The notes under the pieces were generated by a model. That model was not told the origin of the DNA. It worked only from the letters and a program-made list of their open reading frames with translations, and searched no databases. A stretch of 63,967 nt of DNA, counting the filler, from Collodictyon triciliatum (lineage: Eukaryota), in NCBI GenBank assembly GCA_043381765.1. It is 8 parts of 8 records of this genome, joined end to end, with 100 filler letters (N's around TTAATTAATTAA, not from the genome) between each part and the next. Parts side by side here need not be neighbours in the genome. Positions count along the whole stretch, not along the records: positions 46,044 to 55,124 come from JBHJMP010003167.1; positions 55,225 to 62,818 come from JBHJMP010003175.1; 6 more parts are not named here. One strand, written 5' to 3'. Of this stretch, positions 46,795 through 58,300 are shown in pieces. Made by a program: the position numbers and the translations under genes. Numbering within the stretch: position 1 is the stretch's first letter; each line of letters starts with the position of its first letter.

Positions 46795-48693
46795 ATGGCG
46801 AGTCGTCAGCCACCGATCACGCGACAGAGAGCAGACTCTCTTTACAGCCCACACGGCCAGGCTGTTCGGATGATTCCATCACAAAGGGCACCAACTCCTG
46901 CACCACCAACAGGAGACAATTATCTGAATGTATTTGTGAAGCGCTCATCCTTACCAAACATGCACGAGTTCAGCATCAGTAAGCAAGTATCCACGAACAA
47001 GCCCAGTTTGCCAACACACCAGCAATTGCAAGGAACACCTGATGATAAGAGTATTCAGTCGAGTTCTATGATGGTTGGCAATGACCCACGAATGATACCA
47101 TCCGCTATTGACAAGGTAATAGTCACAAAGCAGAAGCCTCATGTGTCCATCGATGTTGGGAGTTCACCAAAACATACAACGTCAGCTGATCCGCAAGTTA
47201 AGAGGGCCAGCCCCTCAGGACTTCAAAGAGGAGGTCCGCCTGTCTGCATCCAAAAGCAGGAAACCTTTATTCGCCCTTTGGAGTCACAAACTTTTATGGA
47301 TTCTCTCCGCTCATCTTATGAGCCTGCTTTTTGGATGCTTCTACAATCATTCATACATGGATTGGCACCATGCATCATCTTCACCTGCATATTCGGGTCT
47401 ATGAGAATATTCCCAGAGATATCCTCGAACTCGTTCATATTCTTCCTTCTCTATGACTCAACATCAATTATCGTCCTGTATATCACTGTCTATGTAATTG
47501 TAATGTACATATTTGGACGGAAGCACTGCATGAAGTACACTTTATTTGTTGTCATACTATTTTGTGTGCTTCACACTTCCATATTTATACTTAGAAAGAT
47601 ATGTATGATAGATTGGTTATCCTTGGTTTATTATTCTGTTTTCCTCATTCACTACTATTTGATTCTGATAAACATACAAAAAGTCTCACGGGCTACCACC
47701 TCATCTCAGTCTTTAGAGAGCACCAGATTCCATATTCTAGGCAGAGATGGCACCCCGATGGCCTTGTTTAAGGCTCTCATCCCATTTTTGGTACTATATT
47801 ACATTTGCAGCTATTACATGATTCAGTATTTCATGGAGTCGAGCCTAGTAGTCAGGCTTTTGGGGCGTGTTGTTTGCGGACCTCTTCTTTTCAATGTTGC
47901 CGATACAGTCCAAAATGCTCTACTAATTTACAAGTCTATGGAACATTTGAAGTACCGGATGGTACTTGGAAATCTAATGAATTTCATCTCTTCCGCCATC
48001 CTCCGGCTTATGGTGATCGATTCCCAAAGCCTTTATCTTACAGCGTTTATGTGTGCAGTATCTGGGGGTTTCCAGGTGATGTTTCGTGGCAGTTATGCAA
48101 TCAGAACACTCTATGTCATCAAAGTCTTCCAACATTTTGCACAAATGCCTTTTGCATCGTTCTGTCCTAGGAAATCTCGTGTGTCCAACATTGAAAACAT
48201 CCCTACATCACATACAAACACTGAGGAGAGTGGTCAGAGTGCTGCTAGGAGCGAGAATCTTAACGTCCACTTCAATCTAGAAGGATGGAAACAATTTATC
48301 AAGCACATGAAGCAAAACGATGCAATGGCACAAAGTATCGTCAAGTATCGCTCGCTTCAATCTTACTACATATTCATGTTTGAGACACTGATTACTGTGT
48401 TTGTCCCTTTGATTCTGTATCTGTACGACCCAATCGACCATAGTATATTTTTCAGTACTTTCTCCTCAGTCCAAGACATGGTGCTCAACATACTCGTCCA
48501 ATTGCCAATCGTGCTGACCACGCAGTTGTTTTCCCTGGCGTTGGAGAATTACCTCTACGGAGTTCAGCCGTCTGTTCGCCGCTCTCTCCACTTTCATCTG
48601 ATGAAGCCAATGTTCCTTTTTCACACAGCACTCTTGTCTTTGACAACAATGTATCTGGCAACGGCGCCCTTTCGAACAGACGAACCTGCGTGA
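46795..48693 (+). CDS. Intronless 632-aa orphan multi-pass membrane protein with disordered N-terminus
   Basis: Single ATG-to-TGA ORF. About 170 aa of P/S/Q-rich sequence precede roughly 10-11 hydrophobic segments. No family motif recognised. Confidence 0.8.
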   Translation: MASRQPPITRQRADSLYSPHGQAVRMIPSQRAPTPAPPTGDNYLNVFVKRSSLPNMHEFSISKQVSTNKPSLPTHQQLQGTPDDKSIQSSSMMVGNDPRMIPSAIDKVIVTKQKPHVSIDVGSSPKHTTSADPQVKRASPSGLQRGGPPVCIQKQETFIRPLESQTFMDSLRSSYEPAFWMLLQSFIHGLAPCIIFTCIFGSMRIFPEISSNSFIFFLLYDSTSIIVLYITVYVIVMYIFGRKHCMKYTLFVVILFCVLHTSIFILRKICMIDWLSLVYYSVFLIHYYLILINIQKVSRATTSSQSLESTRFHILGRDGTPMALFKALIPFLVLYYICSYYMIQYFMESSLVVRLLGRVVCGPLLFNVADTVQNALLIYKSMEHLKYRMVLGNLMNFISSAILRLMVIDSQSLYLTAFMCAVSGGFQVMFRGSYAIRTLYVIKVFQHFAQMPFASFCPRKSRVSNIENIPTSHTNTEESGQSAARSENLNVHFNLEGWKQFIKHMKQNDAMAQSIVKYRSLQSYYIFMFETLITVFVPLILYLYDPIDHSIFFSTFSSVQDMVLNILVQLPIVLTTQLFSLALENYLYGVQPSVRRSLHFHLMKPMFLFHTALLSLTTMYLATAPFRTDEPA

Positions 48694-48980
48694 TTATTAA
48701 ACTTAAACCGACGGTAAATCGGTTGCAGTTCTAGGATGGCTTGGTCTGTTTTCATATATATAAAATAGATCAGCACCAGTCTAGCCACATCACATGTACC
48801 TGCGATGTATTTTGCAATTCAATAATAAAATGAAAAGAAAAGAAAAAGGAAGGAAAGGAAGAGGAAGAAAAACACTGCCATTTCGCACAGTCAAGCAGGA
48901 GATGTGAATTATTTTCCTTTAATTTTTTTTATGAGATTAAGTAACCCTCCGATAGTTTTTCATCATAAAGAACAGAAAGA

Positions 48981-51900
48981 TTAAGCCCATGGGCGTAAAG
49001 AATATGTCGTGCTGTCGATACAGCCCCTGATAAGGGCTAAATAGAAAGTAAAATGTAACGATGATATCTCGACATTAGCAAGAGTCGAGGCTTCCGGATT
49101 CTGTATTTACTCTCCGAGTCGGACAGTTGCTTGACGTAAGCTTGCATTCTGAGAACCTCGCCAGCTACCTGCCGGAGGAGCGGCAAAATCGTTGGACGCG
49201 GTAGACTTTGGTGCGGCCGCCTGATCAATATGGTGGAAAGGGAAAAAGACATATCGGAGATTGAGCTCGGTAGCGAGAAAATCTAGGATTACGTCTACTA
49301 GAGAAATATAAAGCGTTGCTAAATAAAAAAAAAACCTTAAAACTTGATAATACCTTTTCTTTGTCACCAAAGGGGATGGAAGATACGTTTTTGGCAACTT
49401 TGCTTCGGTCTGGGAAGTTGTGCCCTGGGTTCTGAGTTTGGCGTATTTTTTTATTTCATCGTGTTACAAAAAAACAAAAAAACTCAACGTTGGCCTTGGC
49501 TCTTCATATTCTTCCCATTACACTCATTCAACAGAACTACTTGGTAATCTAGGATGGCATAGTCATGAGTACCTGATAGTGCTGCTGGGATATTGAGTGT
49601 ACAGGCATCGATGGGTCTGTCCCAAGGTCGAAATGCGTCGCTTTCAGTCGTTCTGGTGCCTCCAACGGGGGATTCGGGATGGTGCTTTGATACGTGGGAT
49701 AATCGATACGATTACGTGTTCTTAAAGTGTCTTCTCTGTTGTCGCCCATGGGAACGCTGCTGACGTTCATTGTCTTCCTGTAGAAAAATTGCTCAGTATG
49801 ACCGGTCAATTATCCAGGTATTGAATACCATCCAGTGGATGGGGGAGGAGAGAAAAGAAATGAGAGTTTAAGCAAATCATAATACTTACTTGACATGTTT
49901 GTTCAGTATAGCATCACGTTCTGGAGCTCGGAATTCGATTTTGTTTGTCGTCGAAGCGATTTCTGGAAGGCGGTCAAAGTCAGCTTTACCATCACCCATT
50001 TCAAAGTGTGTGTCCCGCAACCAATGTGGCGTGTTTGGCAAGGACGCTGGTCTGGGGTGTGAATAGAAAAGTATATGAGGAAAGGGATTTGACATGCAAT
50101 TATGCAGAAAATTGAACAATCTGTGGTTGTGAGAGTTGTCATACCTCGCGCCAACGTGATGCCTGAAGGTAGCCTTGCTCGTCGTTTCATATATCCGAGT
50201 ATGTGGATCGCCTGCGGGTATGTCGGATTGACCCATGGTGTTCCGCTGCTTCGAAGCATACGCACTTTCGTCGTGCAAAGGAAAGTCTTGTCGAAATACA
50301 GACTGCTGGTCTGCACGAGGGTCTTCTCCGAGGGAAAAATGAGTTGCTCTGAGAAAGGAGGGTTAGTAGATGGTATTGAACTTTGGAAGTTTGGGTGGGT
50401 GGATATAAGGTACTCATTCTGCTTTGAATAGCTATGTTTTGAGTGCTTTCNNNNNNNNNNNNNNNNNNNNNNNNNNNNNNNNNNNNNNNNNNNNNNNNNN
50501 NNNNNNNNNNNNNNNNNNNNNNNNNNNNNNNNNNNNNNNNNNNNNNNNNNNNNNNNNNNNNNNNNNNNNNNNNNNNNNNNNNNNNNNNNNNNNNNNNNNN
50601 NNNNNNNNNNNNNNNNNNNNNNNNNNNNNNNNNNNNNNNNNNNNNNNNNNNNNNNNNNNNNNNNNNNNNNNNNNNNNNNNNNNNNNNNNNNNNNNNNNNN
50701 NNNNNNNNNNNNNNNNNNNNNNNNNNNNNNNNNNNNNNNNNNNNNNNNNNNNNNNNNNNNNNNNNNNNNNNNNNNNNNNNNNNNNNNNNNNNNNNNNNNN
50801 NNNNNNNNNNNNNNNNNNNNNNNNNNNNNNNNNNNNNNNNNNNNNNNNNNNNNNNNNNNNNNNNNNNNNNNNNNNNNNNNNNNNNNNNNNNNNNNNNNNN
50901 NNNNNNNNNNNNNNNNNCCACCTTTGATGCATCCCCCAAAGGCAAAGTGCTTCGGTTTAAGTCGGCGCCGTTGATTTTGGAATATTTGTAGGCATTTCTT
51001 TCAGGTTTCCCGTAAGTATCCTGTTATGTTATTTATGACCTTAATGACTCTGACGTGTTTTCATCAAAACAACGAGATATTTAACCTGAATCTTCATCAA
51101 ATGATTATATGTAACAAACCATCTGCTTAGTGTAATCATTTCAAGGATATATTTCTGAGTTATTCTATAATGCAATGTGTATAAATATAAAAGCTAAAAA
51201 TATTCAAAGAGGGGAAGTACCTTAACAGTGGTGTGATAATTGAGAGTTTCTGCGCCGTTCCCATTTTGGAAATGAGTTGCTCTGAGCCATTCATTGGGAT
51301 GTGTATTTGGATTATCTACCTATACCAGTATAATGAGTGAGAAAATCGAATAAGCTTTGTTGGTTGGTTACAAGGAGAAATAAAATCGCTATGTTAAATC
51401 ATATGAGACGATAATACACACAACATCACTCCTTGTCTCTGGATTGATTACATATGAATTGAATAAATATTGATACAATATTTGTGGGCTCCTTGAAGGA
51501 TGTTGCTTGAGTCGTGACGTAAGGATTCACTCGACGCTCTCCGGTGGGCATATGCGAGGCATTATTGTCCTTTGAAATGTGTTCAGGATATGACTCGCGG
51601 TTGGGCTGTTGGAAGGTCTCCTGAATTCATAAATAAATAATAAATAAATAAATAAATCAAGAGGATATATAGAGAATATAGAGATGACACCCTGGTTGCA
51701 TGAGAATGATGTATTGCTCCTTATGCAAATACAAACAAGAAGAAAGGACCGGTTATTTCTGACATGCTCACATAAAACACGCATGATATAAGAAGAATGG
51801 ACATGAGATTATATTATCGGCTGCCCTAGAAATCTTCGAAGATATACATATCACGCCTTACTCTTGTGGTAGGAACGGGACGTGTGGCATCTACCGTTCC

Positions 51901-52298
51901 GATGCTAAAGTGGGCGTTCATGAACCACTCCTTCCCATGAGGCAGGTCCTGTCCATGTGTAAGTCAAGCCATGCAATATATATACCAGGCATAGGTCAGG
52001 TGCATGTAATAAAGTATGAAAGCCTCCACTCAAAGAAAATGCAACGGGCGAGAATATCAGAGTATATGTGAAGAGAGACAACCACACAAAAATGAAAACA
52101 AAGGAACGAAGTTATGATAGAAGGAAACAAAGAAACGAGTTGGCAACGACAAAAGAGAACAGGAATAACTGTGTTCCAAACCTGCTTTTCTTGTGTTTTG
52201 TGCTTGACAAATGTTGAGCGGCTGCTTGTCTGCAGATCGTGAAGATGAACATCGCCTCCAGGTAAACGCGAGGAGTTCTTTTCGGTGTTTCGCTTCAT
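48981..52298 (-). CDS. Multi-exon repeat protein resembling axonemal microtubule-inner proteins (SAXO/TEX45-like)
   Basis: Spliced exons carry repeated (T/A)HFxxG and SxxPxG(D/E) motifs separated by T-rich 'TTxxxxF' segments (ETTSKATF, STTNKIEF, VTTQATSF). An N gap lies at 50451-50917. The start and last exon are tentative. Confidence 0.6.
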
Positions 52299-53358
52299 GT
52301 CGGCCTTTTTTTTTTATTTGATTTTGAGTCCAGAGTCGGGTTTTACGCCTGGTGTTTTTTTTCTTTTCTCTTTTCTTTTTCTTCTTTTCTTTTTCTTCTT
52401 TTCTTTTTCTTCTTTTCTTTTTCTTCTTTTCTTTTTCTTCTTTTCTTTTTCTTCTCTTTCCTCTTTCCTCTTTCCTCTTTCCTCTTTCCTCTTTCCTCTT
52501 TCCTCTTTCCTCTTTCCTCTTTCCTCTTTCCTCTTTCCTCTTTCCTCTTTTCTTCTTTTTCCTCTTTTCTTCTTTTTCCTCTTTTCTTTTTTCTTTTTTC
52601 TTTTTTTCTTTTTTCTTTTTTCTTTTTTCATTTTTCTTTTTTCTTTTTTCTTTTTTCTTTTTTATTAAGTGCTGAATATATCTCATATTCAAACAAACCT
52701 TCCTTTGTCACCAGAGATGCTAGATATACAAAATTTTCGGATCGGCAGATTTTAGAGGGGAAAAAGAAAGCCACGATAGAAATTGATCATCAAGGAAAGT
52801 CGATCTCAAGAAATAAGGCTGTGAATGAAAATAAAACTTCATTGTCCCAAAAGTCACCAACTTCTTCCTTTCCTTGTGTTGCAAGCCTCTCCACTTAGTC
52901 GCAAAGTTGGGATCTTGGATGACGTTGTCTGGACTTTCCCACGAGTCTTTGCTGATTTCTCTCTCTCAACCCACCACACAGCACGAATCGCGCGGGTGAT
53001 CGAAAAAATGACGTGATGATCGCTTTGCCCGAAGACCCACATGTGAATTTTATGATGTCAATATTTACTAAATAGGACTAATTCCGTTGTAACCGCCAAA
53101 GTCTCCTCTATGTGGAGAATTCTGTGGATACTATATCTAATGCGGAAATTATAGCTAATGTCAAATTTTTGGCCATTGAGATTGATTGGCACATATTGAC
53201 ACATACGGACACACCTGTGCTATAGTTGATTTTTCATAAGGGAAGGTTCGTGCCTTTCAGAGAGCGTGGGACGAGAAAGGTTGCTAGATTCCGCTGGATT
53301 TGCCTTGTATTCGAGCCGCGAATTGTTTATTGTAAGTCTCCGAAGATGAGCACAGACT

Positions 53359-54987
53359 TCACTGCAGGAGCTGAATCCTCATGCGGACACGCGAGGGCAG
53401 GGATGCCCGCAGGATTGTTTCCTCGGTGTTTTGCAGAACTGAGCTCCTGTCAAAGCTAACGATAGAAAACTCTCCAAGGTCGCCCGGAAAAACGTGCTCG
53501 GCGTACATAAAGACATGCTTGGAGGAGAAAAGATAATGTCAGGTGTTCGGTGGTGAGTTTCGTGCAGTCTGTGAAAGAATAGCTAGTAATACAAATGAGT
53601 AAAATGAATATGCGTTAAAAAAATAAGAATAATTCCAGTTTTTTCGCTCTAATTTTGTTTGGTATAAATGTGATGGATTAAATCCAACAGTATGTCATCA
53701 ATGTACCGATTGCTTCTTTTTTTTTTTTTTACTTGCCCTCAGAATCATATAAAATAAATGAAAGGAAATGCGTTACCTTTTGAGGACTAGAGCGCAGGAA
53801 ACGGCGGTCTTTAAAGCTTGAATCTGGAAAGGTGAGCCGAATAGTTACAGTTTCGCTCGATTCTGGTGGTTCTAGACCTAATTCTTGTCCCAGTCGCTCT
53901 TTGTGAAGTTTCTTTTCCTTTATTTTATTTTATGGAAAAAAAATTATTTGACGGCTTCCTTACACCACTTGCAAGATTGTTATTTTCCCGATTAATTTGT
54001 GAAAATTACCAAACTGAAGAATTCAATATATTAGATAAATAAATAGTGCGTTAACTTTTTTTTTTACTATGGCTACATTCTTTCATACAAGCACGTAAAC
54101 AAAAGGAATTAAAATAATACTTCTTCTAGCCGCTCCTTCTCTTCAGTTCTCTTCTTTTGTTCCTCTTCTTCTGCAATTCTTTTCCTTTCCTGCAGGTTTA
54201 TGCACATTGAAATTATGACAGGAGAAAAAAAGAAAAAGAAAAATACTGGTACAAAAGGCTAATTAGCGATGAAAATTTAAACATAAGCAAGCAGACATTT
54301 TCTTCATCAATCCTTAAGGATTCATAATATTCCATGTCTTGCATCTGTAAAATATCCTGAGTTGAAAAGGGAGCTCTGTGGAGTTACGAGTGATTAGTTA
54401 GTTCAATAGTATATAACAGATTCATCCACACTTTTCTATTCTTCGTTCTCAATAAAAAATTTTTTTTTTATCAAACTTGCTCCATACCTTTTCCAATAAA
54501 GTGTGTGCAATTCATAGGAGTTAATATATATATATATATTTAATGATTACTACAGACTTGGTTCTCAGTTTTGAAGATGAGGATGCTTCAGGATGTTCAT
54601 GTGAAAGTTCAGCGCGTCCATCTTCAATATTGCTTGGAAAATTATTTGGAGGTGGGTGCGATGCTCCTGTCAATTCCTGTTCAAATGCGACGCTTGCAAG
54701 AATACCGGAATACAGTTCCTCGTACCGCTCGACAATATCAACAATCGCTTCCATAACTGTCTCAAGAGTGGTGTGCTCTAATTTCATGCAATAAAATTAA
54801 ATATCAGAAAATTATAAATGTAAAATATCACATAAATATATCAGAACATATATAGTTTTTTTTTTTTGAAAACTCTACGAAAGGATGGTTAGTAATTATA
54901 TAACATAAGGCCACCTCGGATGGTCTTCACAATAAAGAATTTTCCTGAGGCAGCTATTCCAATGTCCAGAACCAAATCATGTAAATC
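53359..54987 (-). CDS. FAF1/FAF2-like UBX-domain protein, 3' half (5' part missing at contig end)
   Basis: Spliced exons: ...ILQMQDMEYYESLRIDEEN|ERKRIAEEEEQKK...|LGLEPPESSETVTIRLTFPDSSFKDRRFLRSSPQK|HVFMYA...LPSRVRMRIQLLQ*. This matches the QDxxYxESLxxD coiled coil followed by a UBX domain. Confidence 0.8.
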
Positions 54988-55235
54988 CTTCAAGTGATTT
55001 TCCAATATGAAATAATTTATTAACAAAAACAAAAGAACAAAAGAACAAAAGAACAAAAGAACAAAAGAACAAAAGAACAAAAGAACAAAAGAACAAAAGA
55101 ACAAAAGAACAAAAGAACAAAAGANNNNNNNNNNNNNNNNNNNNNNNNNNNNNNNNNNNNNNNNNNNNTTAATTAATTAANNNNNNNNNNNNNNNNNNNN
55201 NNNNNNNNNNNNNNNNNNNNNNNNTTTTCTTTTTT

Positions 55236-55268
<33 letters not shown>

Positions 55269-55341
55269 CTTTTTTTCTTTTTTTCTTTTTTTCTTTTTTT
55301 CTTTTTTTCTTTTTTTCTTTTTTTCTTTTTTCTTTGAGAAC

Positions 55342-58300
55342 CTGAGCGATGATGGAGAGAACTTTCGAGTTTGCATTCGTGTTTACCATGATCTTCTTCC
55401 AAGTAGTGTCAACAACATAAAATCTTAAGGAGTGAGAAATTTTTTAATTGGGTAAATAAGGATTCGGTCAGAGATATTGTGATATTGAGGTAGTAAAATA
55501 TCGGCAATTAGACTCAAATTACTAAATCTAGGTATTGATTCATTCATATGTATTAAGCTGCAATATGTCTACTTTTTTAAAAGGCTTTTGCCGGTGTTTT
55601 CGTTCACCTTCGTGTTTCTGTGGGCATTTGTCGGTTGAGGTCTTCGGTCAAAAATATAGGATGGAGGTAAATCCAATGACGCTGGCATGTCATCCAATCA
55701 TCTAGGAGGTATCTAGTGTCAGTCAACCGACGCTGCCATTCTAATGTTGTGTCCTAGAGTAGCGTAAAGAGAAATTGAAACATAGGCGTGGGAGATATTA
55801 ATATTCAAGGGATGAATTAAAGGAAAATCGTGTAAACGTAATTAAAATCGAATTGATTGCTTTCAAATTCACGGTATATAGCTTTATAAGTGATTTGATC
55901 GACCAATAAAAATGTTGACATGCGCTTCAAAAAAATGAAGTATAAGCTTTACCTCGACTGGTTTTCGAAAAGGAGAGCTCATAATTGTATTCACAATAAT
56001 CAGTTGCTCATCTATCACGTTGTAGACGTTGTCGACATTACGAATTACGTATACTCCCGAATCCCTACCAGTTTAAAGGACAAGGGATATATCAACTCTA
56101 GTTCTTAATTTCATACGGTACATTCTAGAATCATTCATACTAATAGTGCAAAAAATCAAATGTTTTGACTTAATTATCATACTTGAAGATAGCTGTCTCT
56201 ATGGATAAATTTCTCATTTCAAAACTTATTTTATCCAGCATCGATTCAAGGATGTGCTCATTGATAGCCAAATCGGCAACACTGCAGATGAATTATCATA
56301 GAAAGAGAGTGGGACACGTCAGAGGAAAAATATTAACTTTATATTCTTGATTACAACAAAATCTCAGAGTAAAAAGAATATATGAAGAAGAGAAAAAATT
56401 AAATTTATTCAATTCAAAAGTAAATAAAGGAATGATAATATTTTATACGTATTCACGTGCTCAATTTTCTGGTATAACTTGACATTCAATAGGAATTCAA
56501 GTGTAAACAGCTCCGTTGATGGTACTGCCATAGCAAAGCAAGTTATAAATATTGCCTTGGAATCCATGTATCAGGCAAGATTTTTCTTCTTTTTTTACAT
56601 TAAAAATGAAAAATATTTTGGTGTTACGTTAGAGCTAATTCATACTATGTGCGCCTATTGCAGACGATAAAGTTTCCCAATGACGAGTTCTCATGCCAGG
56701 ATGTCTCAATTTGATGATAAAGGGTATGTATCTTTTGAATTCATCAAACTATGCAGCATGTTTGTGTTGATAACAATGTCGAAAAAATAAGTGGATAGAA
56801 ATTTAGGACGAAAATATAAAAATTATGACTAAAATGCTAAGTGAACTTGTCTCTGAAGTTCAGTGGACACAATAAGGGCACTAGACTCCTTTCTGGTCGT
56901 GAATAAGCGAGTTAACTTCCTTAACTTTTTCAGATTCTCTGAAAAGTAGCGACTCTGTACGATGAAATGGTATTTTTGGCAATCATGTTATTAAAAAAAA
57001 ACACTTTATTAAAAATATGGGAAATTCATCAAAATCTAAAATATTACGATGACTTCAGCATGCAAGGTTGTGAATGGAGATGTAGTCCATTCCGTGTGTT
57101 TGTTGCTCCATTCAAAAGCAGTAATCCAGAGCTGGTATAGTCTGGTCCGGATTGATTGTTTGTTTTGTTTTGTTTTGTTTTGTTTTGTTTTGTTTTGTTT
57201 TGTTTTGTTTTGTTTTGTTTTGTTTTGTTTTGTTTTGTTTTGTTTTGTTTTGTTTTGTNNNNNNNNNNNNNNNNNNNNNNNNNNNNNNNNNNNNNNNNNN
57301 NNNNNNNNNNNNNNNNNNNNNNNNNNNNNNNNNNNNNNNACAATTTGAAGATTGTTAATAGTTTCTGTTTGTTTTGTTTTGTTTTGTTTTGTTTTGTTTT
57401 GTTTTGTTTTGTTTTGTTTTGTTTTGTTTTGTTTTGTTTTGTTTTGTTTTGTTTTGTTATTTAGGGGCATTTCACATTGTTTTACAAGTACAAAGAAGAG
57501 TGTAGGGTCAATAAGTATAAACGTAAACGTACGGGTCAAAAACTTTCAAAGAGTTCTTTAATACTGGGTTTTCAGTCTTCTCAAAGCCAAATAGTGTCTC
57601 ATAATGAGTATATCTGTTGAAGTCTCGCTCCACCTGTAAAGATGTTGGAATAGGTATTCCATACGTAAGGAAAATACTTTTCAAAAATGCACAGATGAGA
57701 CGACACTTATTTAAAAATCACCTGGTCCAATTCGGAACGGATGAAGCGAACTTTGTCTCCAACCTATTTTAAAAAAAAATAGCTTTAGAGAGAAAGTATC
57801 ATCAGAGCATTAAATTGTGCTATGTGAATGGATTCACCGCATCAGATGCATTTATGTCACTCATGGCTTGAATGGTCTCGACAGCTTTCGCCAGTTCAAA
57901 CATTTTTGTATCGAGTGATTTTTGATTCATTCGAAGTTCTCTAATCATGCGTATTTTTTCTGTTTGAAGTATTTTCTCTGCCTATAGAGGAGCGATTTGT
58001 AATGTATGAGACTTCAAAGGTAAGATGTACACAAATAAGAAAAAAAAATGAATTTCAATTGAGTGCTGGATTCATACATCTGTCAAAGCAAGCTTTATAA
58101 TGCGGGGCATGCCGTACATATGCCACAAAGATGGGAAGACAGTTGAGTAGTCAAATTGAAGCTCCTCGAGAAAAGCGAATTTTTCCTAAAAGCGTTGTTG
58201 ATGCATTTCACACAATTTTTTTAATATATAGAATGTCTCTCCACTGCCTATCAATCGGCCATGACAAGCAACTTCATAGAAATTTTATCACTAAGAGGCG

